NCBI GenBank assembly: GCA_963790305.1
Contig: CAWBOC010000010.1
Coordinates: forward strand, 64,001 to 128,000
Length of the DNA stretch: 64,000 nt
Source: an uncultured Gemmatimonadaceae bacterium
GTDB lineage: Bacteria; Gemmatimonadota; Gemmatimonadetes; Gemmatimonadales; Gemmatimonadaceae
Direction: 5' to 3'
Both the position numbers and the translations under genes were made by a program. Numbering within the stretch: the stretch's first letter is position 1; each line of letters begins with the position of its first letter. Below are positions 14,163-23,081 of the stretch, piece after piece. The notes beneath the pieces are model-generated. The model was not told where the DNA came from, ran no database searches, and worked only from the letters and a program-made list of their open reading frames with translations.

Positions 14163-16202
14163 CTCCTCCGCCACAAGCATGTCGTGGAGCTCCGCCATTG
14201 TCCTCGGCCTTTGCCCCCGGTCGCGGTGGAGAGCCGCGATCACGGCATCGGATAACCGCCGAGGGACCTCGGGTACCAGCTCGTGCGGGGGCAACGGGGC
14301 CTGCTCCAGCACGCGCGAGATGAGCTGCATGGGATTGTCAGCGGTGTGCGGCGTGCGTCCCGTGAGGCACTCATAGATCACGACTCCCACCGCGTAGATG
14401 TCGGCGCGCGCATCGACGTCCTCCCCAAGCAGCTGCTCCGGCGCCATGTACTCGGGCGTCCCCACCACCACTCCCGTCTGCGTCATCCCCTGGGTGCGCC
14501 CGAGGAGGCGCGCGATGCCAAAGTCCATCACCTTCAGCACCCCGTCAGGGGCGAGCACCATGTTGTGCGGCTTGATGTCACGGTGGACGATCCCCTGCTC
14601 GTGCGCGACCTCGAGCGCACGGCACAGCTGCCGGGCGATCGGCAGCGTCGCATGCACCGGGAGTCGGCCACGTTCGGTGATCAGCGCCTTGACCGACGTG
14701 CCCTCGACGTACTCCATCGTGATGAAGTACATGCCCTCGGTCTCCCCCAGATCGTGCGTGCGGATGACGTTGCGATGGGAGATGCGGCGCGCCAGGCGCA
14801 GCTCGCTCTTGAAGCGCGCCAGCGCCGTCGAATCGGACACGAATTCCCGCCGAAGCGTCTTGACCGCGACCGGCTCGGACAGCTCGAGATCGAGTGCCCG
14901 GTACACGATCCCCATCCCCCCGCTGCCGATCGTCTCAATGATCTCGTATCGACCGGCGAGCCTCTGCCCGGGTTGCAGCGCGTCACCAAGGTGCTGCGTG
15001 GGTGCGACCAGGGGGTCGCGTGCCATGTCCCGCGAACCGGCGTCCGCGCTCAGGAAGTCCACCAGGTCGCGCTTTTCGCGAAGGTCGGCGAGCATCGCGC
15101 GAACCGATTCGGCCAGCCGGCCGATCTCGTCGCCGCCGCGCACGGGGATCTCCGCCGCATAGTCTCCGTCGGCCGCACGGCGCGTGGCTGCTTCGAGGAG
15201 CCCGACGCGACGGGTAATCGCGCGCGCCATGAGATAGGACAAGCCAAACGCCAGGAGCAGCCCGGCGAGCGTCGCCAGCAGAATGGAGCGCTGCAGCGTC
15301 GTGAATGCCGCCATTTCCTCGTCGAGCGATCGCAGCGCGACGAACCCGCCCAGGGCGACTCCCCCCGCGGATCGAAGTGCCGCGCCGCTCGCGACCCAGC
15401 GCGTCTCGCCTAACGTCACGTCCGTGCGAGACACTGCGCCGGTCGTGTCCAGCTCGCCCGCGGTGGGCGCCGAGGGCGAGCCCGCATCGGCTGCCGCCCA
15501 GATCGGCGCGCGCTCGTCGAGGAACCGCGTGAGCGCAGCATCCCGCGCGACCGACGATCCGCTGATGCGCGGCCGTCCGGTACTGTCGAGGGCGAAGAAG
15601 ACCACGCCACTCGATGTCGCGGTGGTGATCTCGCGCGCCACGGAATCGTCGATTGCCTTGGTCGCCATGAGCACGCCGACGACGCGCGCCGACGCGCCCT
15701 CGATGGGCACGGCCACCGCCTGATGCAGCACGGTGTCGGCGATCACCGCCGCCCCCGCCGATCGGCGACCAGCCAACGCGCGCGCGATGAGCGCCGAGCG
15801 GGCCAGTGTGTCCGCCCCGGCGGCGGGATCGTCGCTGCGTGCGAGCCGCACCCCGTGTGCATCGGTGAGATGCACCGTGCTCGCGCCGATCCGCTCGACC
15901 GCCTCGCCTGCCTGATCGAGAAAGGTCGAGCGCTCGGTGACCGGATTCTCGAACAGCGCGCGAAAGTTGGGATTGCGGGCGAACACCTGCGCGCTCGCTT
16001 CCAGACCACGCTCCCGTCCCTCCAGCAGCGCGCGCACGTGCGCTCGCGTCGCTCCGAGTCCACGCGTCACCGCCACGTCCGCGGCGCGCTCAGCCGATCG
16101 TGCCGTGATGGCGAGCGTGAGGGCGGAAACGGCGGCGACGACCACCACACCGCCGAGGAAAATTTTCCAGGTGAGTGAAAGGGCGGGCGTTCGGCGGGCC
16201 AC
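14160..16202 (-). CDS. Membrane Ser/Thr protein kinase: TM, Cache-like periplasmic domain, TM, HAMP, Hanks kinase
   Basis: IGSGGMGIVY, VAVKT, HRDIKPHN, DFGIA, GTPEYMAPE; HAMP (AADGDY...GGDEIGRLA); two TM segments. Confidence 0.9.
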   Translation of the reverse strand: MARRTPALSLTWKIFLGGVVVVAAVSALTLAITARSAERAADVAVTRGLGATRAHVRALLEGRERGLEASAQVFARNPNFRALFENPVTERSTFLDQAGEAVERIGASTVHLTDAHGVRLARSDDPAAGADTLARSALIARALAGRRSAGAAVIADTVLHQAVAVPIEGASARVVGVLMATKAIDDSVAREITTATSSGVVFFALDSTGRPRISGSSVARDAALTRFLDERAPIWAAADAGSPSAPTAGELDTTGAVSRTDVTLGETRWVASGAALRSAGGVALGGFVALRSLDEEMAAFTTLQRSILLATLAGLLLAFGLSYLMARAITRRVGLLEAATRRAADGDYAAEIPVRGGDEIGRLAESVRAMLADLREKRDLVDFLSADAGSRDMARDPLVAPTQHLGDALQPGQRLAGRYEIIETIGSGGMGIVYRALDLELSEPVAVKTLRREFVSDSTALARFKSELRLARRISHRNVIRTHDLGETEGMYFITMEYVEGTSVKALITERGRLPVHATLPIARQLCRALEVAHEQGIVHRDIKPHNMVLAPDGVLKVMDFGIARLLGRTQGMTQTGVVVGTPEYMAPEQLLGEDVDARADIYAVGVVIYECLTGRTPHTADNPMQLISRVLEQAPLPPHELVPEVPRRLSDAVIAALHRDRGQRPRTMAELHDMLVAEE

Positions 16203-16204
16203 GG

Positions 16205-16897
16205 TCAGTAGCGATCTCGCTCCGTGGGAGGATAGTCCCGGCCGAACTTGTTCTTGTGCGACGCTGGCCGCCAGCCGCGAGCGTCGATCTGCTCATCGAG
16301 TCCCGTCAGCGCTTCTCCGGCCACGACGATCTCGCGTGTGCGCTCGGAGGCGCGCTCGTGCCACACGTGAAGCATGTACGTTCCTGGCGGAACACGCTCG
16401 ATCGTCCACGATCCATCCGCCTGCGCCTGCGTGTAGTGCGTCGTGGGCACTGCGACGACGAAGGCGCTCATCCGCGAGTGGATGTTGCAGAAGATCGGAT
16501 AGACGCCCACGCGGCGAAACGCGGCCGGTCGCGCGGTTCCTCGCGGGTACAGCCCCAGGTCGAAGGTGCCACCCGGCGTGTTCGAGAACACGTTGTGGCG
16601 AAAGGGATCCTGATTGGGGAAATTGACGCGGCTGCCGACCGTCACCACCCGCACGCGAGGCACGAATTGCTTCGATTGCATCGCGATTTCGACGTCCTTC
16701 GCCGCGACCGTCCCCTTGCCACCCGCGGTCGGCTCGAGAAAGATCACCGTGCTGCCGACGTCGGTGGCGACCTTGCCTGGCTGCTCGAGGATCGTGATGC
16801 GGCCGCTCACCGCGACTCCCTCGGGAGCGCGTGGCTGCTGTGCCGCGACAGAAACGGCGCTCACTGCGAGCGCCGCGATCCACATCCACGTCACCAA
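16205..16897 (-). CDS. Exported cupredoxin-like protein with carboxypeptidase-regulatory-like domain
   Basis: Signal peptide; KQFVPRV, FPNQDPFRHNVFS, FDLGLY, FCNIHSRM (His...Cys-x2-His-x2-Met type-1 Cu pattern); VPPGTYMLHVWH. Confidence 0.8.
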   Translation of the reverse strand: MVTWMWIAALAVSAVSVAAQQPRAPEGVAVSGRITILEQPGKVATDVGSTVIFLEPTAGGKGTVAAKDVEIAMQSKQFVPRVRVVTVGSRVNFPNQDPFRHNVFSNTPGGTFDLGLYPRGTARPAAFRRVGVYPIFCNIHSRMSAFVVAVPTTHYTQAQADGSWTIERVPPGTYMLHVWHERASERTREIVVAGEALTGLDEQIDARGWRPASHKNKFGRDYPPTERDRY

Positions 16898-16937
16898 TCA
16901 CCCCACCATTGAAAGAGTTCTCTCCGGGGCGAACACT

Positions 16938-18266
16938 ATGAGCCACCATCGAACGGCGTCAAGCGCGCGCGTCACGCTCCTCATGCTCGTGCTCCTGACG
17001 CGAGCCGTCGCGGCGCAGGAGCCAGACACCGCACGCACTGCGCAGGACTCACTCGCGGCACGGCTCGAGCGCGCCGAAGAAGCGATCGAGCTCCTCCGCC
17101 AGCAGCTCGCGGCGCAGTCGGAGTCGGAGGTTCGAACGGTGTCTCGCGTGAGCCTGGAGCTCACCGGGCGGGCGCTCGTGAATGCGTTCACCAACAGCGG
17201 TCGCGTCAACAGCGCGGACGTTCCGCAGTTCGTGCTCGCCGATGGCGCCGAGTTTCCTCCGCCCGAGGACTTTCCGCGAGGCTCGGTCGGATTGTCGGCG
17301 CGGCAGACGACCGTCGGCCTCATCGTGTCCGTTGCCGACGTGATGGGTGGCGAGCTCATCGGTGACGTCCACGCGGACTTCTTCTCCGTACAGCAGCCCG
17401 GTGCGGGCGGACGGATCGCCCCCACCATGAGATTGCGAACGTTGAAGGCGGCCGTGCGTTGGCCGAACGCAGAGCTTCTGGTCGGCCAGGAGGTACCTCT
17501 GGTGTTGGGCCTCAACCCGGTGGGCACGGCGAGCATCGGGACACCGACCTTCGCGACCGCCGGCAACCTCTGGCTGTGGCTTCCGCAGATTCGCGCGACC
17601 GTCGAGACGGGTGGCGCACTGCGGCTTGCGCTGCAGGGCGCGGTGCTCGCGCCCAACTCGAGCGAGCCCATCAGCGGAACCAATCGCGACCGCGATGCCG
17701 ATGTTGCCGAGCGCTCGCGCCGACCGTTCGTGCAGGGGCGTGTGCGCGCGCGGTGGGGAAGCGAGGAGCGGCCGGGTGAGGTGGGTGTCGGCGTCCATGG
17801 TGGGTGGTTTGCACGGCCCACCGTCGCGGGCGGTCGCGACGACATGCACGAGAGCTGGGCCGTTGCCGCCGACGTCCTGGCACCACTCGGCCCCCTCACG
17901 CTGCGCGCCGAGCTCTATCGCGGCGCGCTGCTCCGCGGCCTGGGCGGAGGCGGCATCGGCCAGAACTTCGCTCCGGATGGCACGCGCCTGCTCGATCGCG
18001 GCGGCTGGGCGCAGCTCGACCTCCGGGTCGCGACGACGACTTCGTTAGGCGGCGGGTGCGGCGTCGATGACCCGCGCGTGGCACGTCCCGCCTCGGGGTC
18101 TGTGCGCACGCGGAATGTGGCGTGCGAGGCCCACGTCCTGGTGCGCCCCGCGGGCCCCCTGGTGCTGGGACTCGAAGCGAGGCGGATGGAGACCACCTGG
18201 GTCGCGGCGGTGGAGCGGAAGTTCGCCAGCGACCACCTCAATCTTGCCGTGGGGTTCGAGTTCTAA
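16938..18266 (+). CDS. Putative outer-membrane porin with N-terminal coiled coil (DcaP-like)
   Basis: Signal peptide, coiled coil LAARLERAEEAIELLRQQL, amphipathic strands, GNLWLWLPQIR, C-terminal AVGFEF. Confidence 0.7.
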   Translation: MSHHRTASSARVTLLMLVLLTRAVAAQEPDTARTAQDSLAARLERAEEAIELLRQQLAAQSESEVRTVSRVSLELTGRALVNAFTNSGRVNSADVPQFVLADGAEFPPPEDFPRGSVGLSARQTTVGLIVSVADVMGGELIGDVHADFFSVQQPGAGGRIAPTMRLRTLKAAVRWPNAELLVGQEVPLVLGLNPVGTASIGTPTFATAGNLWLWLPQIRATVETGGALRLALQGAVLAPNSSEPISGTNRDRDADVAERSRRPFVQGRVRARWGSEERPGEVGVGVHGGWFARPTVAGGRDDMHESWAVAADVLAPLGPLTLRAELYRGALLRGLGGGGIGQNFAPDGTRLLDRGGWAQLDLRVATTTSLGGGCGVDDPRVARPASGSVRTRNVACEAHVLVRPAGPLVLGLEARRMETTWVAAVERKFASDHLNLAVGFEF

Positions 18267-18270
18267 CCCA

Positions 18271-18340
18271 GAGGTTGTCGAGGTTGTCGAGGTGATCAAG
18301 GTGAAGTCGCCCCGACTACTTCGACGACCTCGACGACCTG
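18271..18340. repeat. Inverted pair of 9-mer tandem repeats (GAGGTNGTC family)
   Basis: gaggttgtc gaggttgtc gaggtgatc ... gactacttc gacgacctc gacgacctg; starts 4 nt after the porin stop. Confidence 0.82.
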
Positions 18341-18383
18341 GAAAACAGAAACGCCGGCCCTTTCGGGCCGGCGTTCTGTTTTC
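18341..18383. terminator. Bidirectional intrinsic terminator
   Basis: gaaaacagaa-acgccggccc-tttc-gggccggcgt-tctgttttc between convergent genes. Confidence 0.85.
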
Positions 18384-18395
18384 GACTCGAGCAGC

Positions 18396-19124
18396 TTACT
18401 TCGTGCCGGGGCGGATCGTGAAGCCGAGGCCGAACTGCGTCTCGCCTTCCTCGATGAACACCTTGCGGATACCGACGTTCGCGCCAATGCCATTGGCAAA
18501 GGCGAGACCGACGCCACCACCGACCATGAACCGCTGACCGCTCTCCGACTCATCGGAGACCTTGTAACGGCCGTAGGCAAAGCCAGGCGCCAGGAACGGC
18601 GACACCTTGACGTTCTTGCCAACGGTGAGCTTGATCGGCAGGCTGGCCGCGAGCGCCATCGCCTGCTCTTCCTCGGGGAACCCGAAGCCGAGCTCGCCCT
18701 CGAGACCCACCGCCCAGCGCGAGCCGGAGCGAGCGTCACCCAGCGTACCACCCGTCAGGCGGGCCGAGTAGCGCGAGCCAACGATCAGGTGGCCTTCGCA
18801 ATCGAGGCCCGTGGGGCAGTCGATCGACATGTAACCAGCGGTGAACCCAAGACGGCCAGAGCCGACGCTCAGGTCAAGACCGCCAGCGAACGAGCTCGAC
18901 GTCACGTCCGAGCCCCAGTCCATGCGGCCATACTGCAGGTGCCAGCCAATCCCGCCGGCGCCAGCCAGCGTGTTCGTCGCCAACGGCGGCAGAGCGCCAA
19001 CCGTCGAAGCGTTGATCGCCATGTACGCGGCGACGTCATTGATGCTGGGACCCTCTTCTTGCGCGCTCATCGCCGGGGCGGCGAGTACGAGCGCGGACGC
19101 TGCGATCGCAAAGATCTTCTTCAT
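18396..19124 (-). CDS. Exported protein, probable outer-membrane beta-barrel
   Basis: MKKIFAIAASALVLAAPAMSA signal, GAGG RBS, Gly/aromatic amphipathic strands, terminal QFGLGFTI. Confidence 0.7.
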   Translation of the reverse strand: MKKIFAIAASALVLAAPAMSAQEEGPSINDVAAYMAINASTVGALPPLATNTLAGAGGIGWHLQYGRMDWGSDVTSSSFAGGLDLSVGSGRLGFTAGYMSIDCPTGLDCEGHLIVGSRYSARLTGGTLGDARSGSRWAVGLEGELGFGFPEEEQAMALAASLPIKLTVGKNVKVSPFLAPGFAYGRYKVSDESESGQRFMVGGGVGLAFANGIGANVGIRKVFIEEGETQFGLGFTIRPGTK

Positions 19125-19303
19125 GTGAATGAAGTCCTCAAAGGGGTGGTTCTGGTCCCCGCGTTCGGCGCGAGGGGTGGGCGGAACAACGGCGTTCCGT
19201 AAGCACTCCCCTGCAAGACGAGTCGACTCCGGAATACGCAACGCTATGGAGCCACGTCACATGGCCGCGCTTCGGGTGACGCGCTGCTCCGGCGCCGACT
19301 GCG

Positions 19304-19336
19304 GACGTAACATATTGACAAATAACATGTTACGTC
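19304..19336. promoter_or_regulatory. AT-rich palindrome, possible IHF-like or transcription-factor site
   Basis: GACGTAACAT-N13-ATGTTACGTC, a perfect 10-bp inverted repeat in a 500-bp divergent intergenic region; spacer contains TTGACA. Confidence 0.55.
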
Positions 19337-19628
19337 ATGACAGCCGCATCGGCCCGCGGCGCGGGCGGGCCCGGCTAGCGCCGTAACCGGCGGACCCGCG
19401 TCACATCGCGCCGACGCCCCGACCTCCAGAGTCAGCGGTGCCCATAGTTGCGCGGCGACCCGCCGCCTGCATAACGAGACCGACAGCAGGCACGTCGCAT
19501 GGGAACACGAGGCCCTGGCCCCGGGCGTCCGCGCGAAGGATTTCTCTTGCGGGAATGTCGCGAAATCCCCACCATTCAGGCCGCCGTGCGCCGACGCACG
19601 ATCCCCTTCCGCGCCATCCGACGGGCCC

Positions 19629-20495
19629 ATGGTGGGACGACGTCTCCTTCCATTCCTCGCTGTTATCTCACTCGGTGCCTGCGAGATCGCGCGCACCGAC
19701 GACACCGTCGCGCGCGCGGCGTCCCTGACGCCGGACGCCGCCGGGATCGTGCGCCTCCCCGCGCCCGTCGACTCCGAGATACCGAGCGGCGCCTTGGGAG
19801 AGTCCATCCGACGCGGGCGCGCCCTGCTGGCGGCGACTCCCGATAGCCTTCCGCATAACGTCGGCGGGCGATTGCGTTGCACCAGCTGCCACCTCGATGA
19901 CGGAACGCGGGTCAATGCGGCGCCGCTCGTCGGCGTCTACGCCCGGTTCCCGCAGTTCCGCGATCGCAGTAATTCGGTGGCGATCATCGAGGATCGCGTC
20001 AACGATTGCTTCGAGCGCAGCATGAACGGTCGGGCACTGGCGTACGACTCTCGCGACATGCGCGACATCGTCGCGTGGCTCGCGTTTCTGTCGCGCGGCA
20101 GCCCGGTGCACCGCGACACGACGCCGCGTGGCATTCCACTGCTCGCCGCGATGACTCCGGACAGCGCCGCCGGGCGCTCGCAATTCACGACCATGTGCGC
20201 TGCCTGCCACGGCATGGACGGGCAGGGAACGCCAGCCGGCCCTCCGCTCTGGGGACCGAAGAGCTACAACATCGGCGCGAGCATGGCCCGGCTCCGCACC
20301 GCGGCGTCGTTCATCAAGTACAACATGCCGAATGACCGGCCGGGCACGCTCACGGCGCAGCAGGCTTTCGACCTTGCCGCGTACGTGAACTCGCAGTCGC
20401 GGCCGGATCTCGCTGGCAAGGAGAACGATTGGCCGAGGGGGGACGCACCCTCGGACGTACCGTACACGACTCGGGGCCGTTCGAGCGGGCGGTAA
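19629..20495 (+). CDS. tsdA: Diheme c-type cytochrome, thiosulfate dehydrogenase TsdA-like (lipoprotein signal)
   Basis: CTSCH and CAACH; IEDRVNDCFERSMNG with the active-site Cys; PPLWG.SYNIGASM; KYNMP; signal ISLGAC. Confidence 0.75.
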   Translation: MVGRRLLPFLAVISLGACEIARTDDTVARAASLTPDAAGIVRLPAPVDSEIPSGALGESIRRGRALLAATPDSLPHNVGGRLRCTSCHLDDGTRVNAAPLVGVYARFPQFRDRSNSVAIIEDRVNDCFERSMNGRALAYDSRDMRDIVAWLAFLSRGSPVHRDTTPRGIPLLAAMTPDSAAGRSQFTTMCAACHGMDGQGTPAGPPLWGPKSYNIGASMARLRTAASFIKYNMPNDRPGTLTAQQAFDLAAYVNSQSRPDLAGKENDWPRGDAPSDVPYTTRGRSSGR

Positions 20496-20498
20496 CGG

Positions 20499-20530
20499 AG
20501 ACGTCAGACGTCAAGAGCTCGGAATTCAGA
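20499..20530 (+). repeat. Degenerate 7-mer repeat remnant (AGACGTC family)
   Basis: gagacgtc agacgtc aagagctc ggaattc aga, just after the tsdA stop. Confidence 0.45.
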
Positions 20531-20566
20531 AACGCGACCTTCCACCTGCCCCACAAAGGAGCCCTC

Positions 20567-21265
20567 ATGAGTGACACCATCCTGAACGTTCCTCGGCGCG
20601 AATTCCTCGCCGGGCTCGCCGCGGCCGGCGCCGGCGTGTTCGCCCCCGCCGCGGCCTTTGCCTCGACGCTCGATGACCGCCGCTTCCGCGTGGCGCCGGA
20701 CGAGAAGTGGCTCGAAAGCCTAACGGGCAAACACAAGCAAGTGTTCGACATGCCGAACCCGACCCACGGCCTCGGGATGATTCACATCCGCAATTACCTC
20801 AAGGCGTGGAAGGACAACTACAACCTCGAGCATCCGCAGGTCAACGCGGTCGGCACGCTCTACTTCATGACCATTCCCCTCGGCCTCACCGATCCAATGT
20901 GGGCGAAGTACAAGCTCGGCGAAGCGATCAAGGAGACGGACAAGAAGACCGACGCGTTCGCGGTGCGCAACATCTACCACAAGGCGGATCCGGGCGAAGC
21001 GACGCTCGCGATCAAGGGCATCGCCGACTGGCCCGCTGACACCTCGATCGACGGGCTGCAGAAGAAGGGGACGCTGTTCATCATGTGCAACAACGCGCTG
21101 AACTTCTGGGCGATGAACGTGGCGAAGGCGTCGAACCAGACGATGGAGGCCGTGCGCACCGAGTTCCTCGCGCACCTCGTGCCGGGCGTCGTCGTCGTGC
21201 CGGCAATGGTGATGGCGGTCGATCAGGCGCAGGCGAAGGGGTGCTCGTACATGCGGATGGGGTAA
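20567..21265 (+). CDS. Tat-exported DsrE/DsrF-like protein
   Basis: PRREFLAG Tat motif; AAGGAG RBS; HKQVFD; LQKKGTLFIMCNNAL; LVPGVVVVPAMV...AQAKGCSY. Confidence 0.65.
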   Translation: MSDTILNVPRREFLAGLAAAGAGVFAPAAAFASTLDDRRFRVAPDEKWLESLTGKHKQVFDMPNPTHGLGMIHIRNYLKAWKDNYNLEHPQVNAVGTLYFMTIPLGLTDPMWAKYKLGEAIKETDKKTDAFAVRNIYHKADPGEATLAIKGIADWPADTSIDGLQKKGTLFIMCNNALNFWAMNVAKASNQTMEAVRTEFLAHLVPGVVVVPAMVMAVDQAQAKGCSYMRMG

Positions 21266-21349
21266 GCAGAGGCGCTAGAGGCGCTAGAGGCGCTAGAGGG
21301 CGGTTGCCCCTCAGCGCCTCTAGCGCCTCTACGCCTCTAGCGCCTCAGC
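21266..21349. repeat. Inverted pair of 9-mer tandem repeats (AGAGGCGCT family)
   Basis: (agaggcgct)x3 agaggg ... ccctc (agcgcctct)x3-4; contains the pntB stop. Confidence 0.88.
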
Positions 21350-22751
21350 TTTTCGAAATCTCTCCTACCACCGCCGTCAGCATCTTCTTCGCGTCACCGA
21401 ACAGCATCGCCGTCTTCTCGTTGTAATACAGCTCGTTGTCGATGCCGGCGAAGCCCGGATTCATGCTCCGCTTGATCACGATCACGCTCTTCGCGTGGTC
21501 CACGTTCAGGATCGGCATCCCGTAGAGCGGGCTCGTGGTATCCGTGCGCGCGGCGGGATTGGTGACGTCGTTCGCACCGATCACCAGCGCGACATCCGTC
21601 CGCTCGAACTCGCGGTTGATGTCGTCCATCTCGTACAGCTGGTCGTACGGGACGTCCGCCTCGGCCAGCAGGACGTTCATGTGGCCCGGCATGCGGCCGG
21701 CCACCGGATGAATCGCGTACTTCACGTCGACGCCGCGCTTCTCGAGCAGGCGCGCCAGCTCCTTCACCGAGTGCTGCGCCTGCGCGACGGCCAGCCCGTA
21801 GCCGGGAACGAAGACGACGCTTCGCGCATAGCCGAGCATCACCGCCGCGTCCTCAGCTCGCACGGTGCGGACCGGACGATCCGCGCCATCTCCCGCCGCC
21901 GTCGTCGACGTCGCCCCAAACGCGCCGAAGAGCACGTTGGTGAGCGACCGGTTCATCGCGCGGCACATGATCTGGGTCAGGATGATTCCCGAGGCCCCGA
22001 CGAGCGCGCCGCTGATGATCAGCACGTTGTTGTGCAGCACGAATCCCGCGGCCGCGCCCGCCATCCCCGAGTAGGAGTTCAGGAGCGAGATGACGACGGG
22101 CATGTCCGCGCCCCCGATCGGAATCACCAGGAGGACGCCCAGCGCGAGCGACAGCACCGTGAGCGCGACGAACACCGCCGACATGTCGAAGTCGGCGACC
22201 AGCCACGCCGAGAGGCCGACGGCCACCGCGAGCAGCGCGAAGTTCAGCGTCTTCTGCGCGGGGAACGTGATCGCCCGTCCCGGCATGAGCTCCTGCAGCT
22301 TCGCGAACGCGATCATGCTTCCGGTGAAGGTGATCGCGCCGATGAGCATCGTGGCCATGATGCTGACCACGACGTCGGTCGCGCGCAGATCGGGGTGCAG
22401 GAGCAGCTGGTAGTACTCCGCCGCGGCGACGATCGCCGACGCCGCGCCGCCGAAGCCGTTCAGCAGCGCGACCATCTGTGGCATCGCCGTCATCTTCACC
22501 GAGTGCGCGAGCCAAATGCCGGCGACCGTGCCGATCACGAGGCCGAGCAGGATCCATCGGAACGCGATGATCTGCTGATCGAGCAGCGTCGCACCGATGG
22601 CCAGCAACATGCCGAGCGCGCCAATCGCGTTGCCGCGGCGCGCGGTCCGTGGGGACGACAGCAGCTTGAGCCCGACGATGAACAGGACCGCCGCGACGAG
22701 ATACGTCAGCGCGATGACGAGAGCGATACTGCGGGTGGGCTCGGCGTTCAC
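21345..22751 (-). CDS. pntB: NAD(P) transhydrogenase beta subunit
   Basis: MTAMPQMVALLNGFGG, PIGGADMPVVISLLNSYSG, PGYGLAVAQAQH, HPVAGRMPGHMNVLLAEA. Confidence 0.97.
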   Translation of the reverse strand: MNAEPTRSIALVIALTYLVAAVLFIVGLKLLSSPRTARRGNAIGALGMLLAIGATLLDQQIIAFRWILLGLVIGTVAGIWLAHSVKMTAMPQMVALLNGFGGAASAIVAAAEYYQLLLHPDLRATDVVVSIMATMLIGAITFTGSMIAFAKLQELMPGRAITFPAQKTLNFALLAVAVGLSAWLVADFDMSAVFVALTVLSLALGVLLVIPIGGADMPVVISLLNSYSGMAGAAAGFVLHNNVLIISGALVGASGIILTQIMCRAMNRSLTNVLFGAFGATSTTAAGDGADRPVRTVRAEDAAVMLGYARSVVFVPGYGLAVAQAQHSVKELARLLEKRGVDVKYAIHPVAGRMPGHMNVLLAEADVPYDQLYEMDDINREFERTDVALVIGANDVTNPAARTDTTSPLYGMPILNVDHAKSVIVIKRSMNPGFAGIDNELYYNEKTAMLFGDAKKMLTAVVGEISKS

Positions 22752-22782
22752 GTCAAACGGCGGCTGCGACCTGCGAACAATG

Positions 22783-23081
22783 TCATTCGCGTGGAGTCGC
22801 GGAGCGGCGGAACATTCGCAACATGCGATCGGTCACGAGGAATCCGCCCACGACGTTGATCGTCGCCAGCGCCACCGCGGCGACGCCGAGGATCGTGTCG
22901 TACGGGGTCGACGAGACGTCCGGCGATGATGGATCGAGCCGATGACCGAAATGCCGGAGATCGCGTTCGACCCCGACATGAGCGGTGTATGCAGCAGCGT
23001 CGGCACCTTCGCGATGACCTCGAAGCCGACGAACACGGCCAGGACGAAGATGTACAGAGCAACGAGCAGCGCCTCGGTCAC
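22783..23081 (-). CDS. pntAB: NAD(P) transhydrogenase alpha subunit part 2 (frameshifted near 22925)
   Basis: KVPTLLHTPLMSGSNAISG, then in another frame ATINVVGGFLVTDRMLRMF. Confidence 0.9.
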
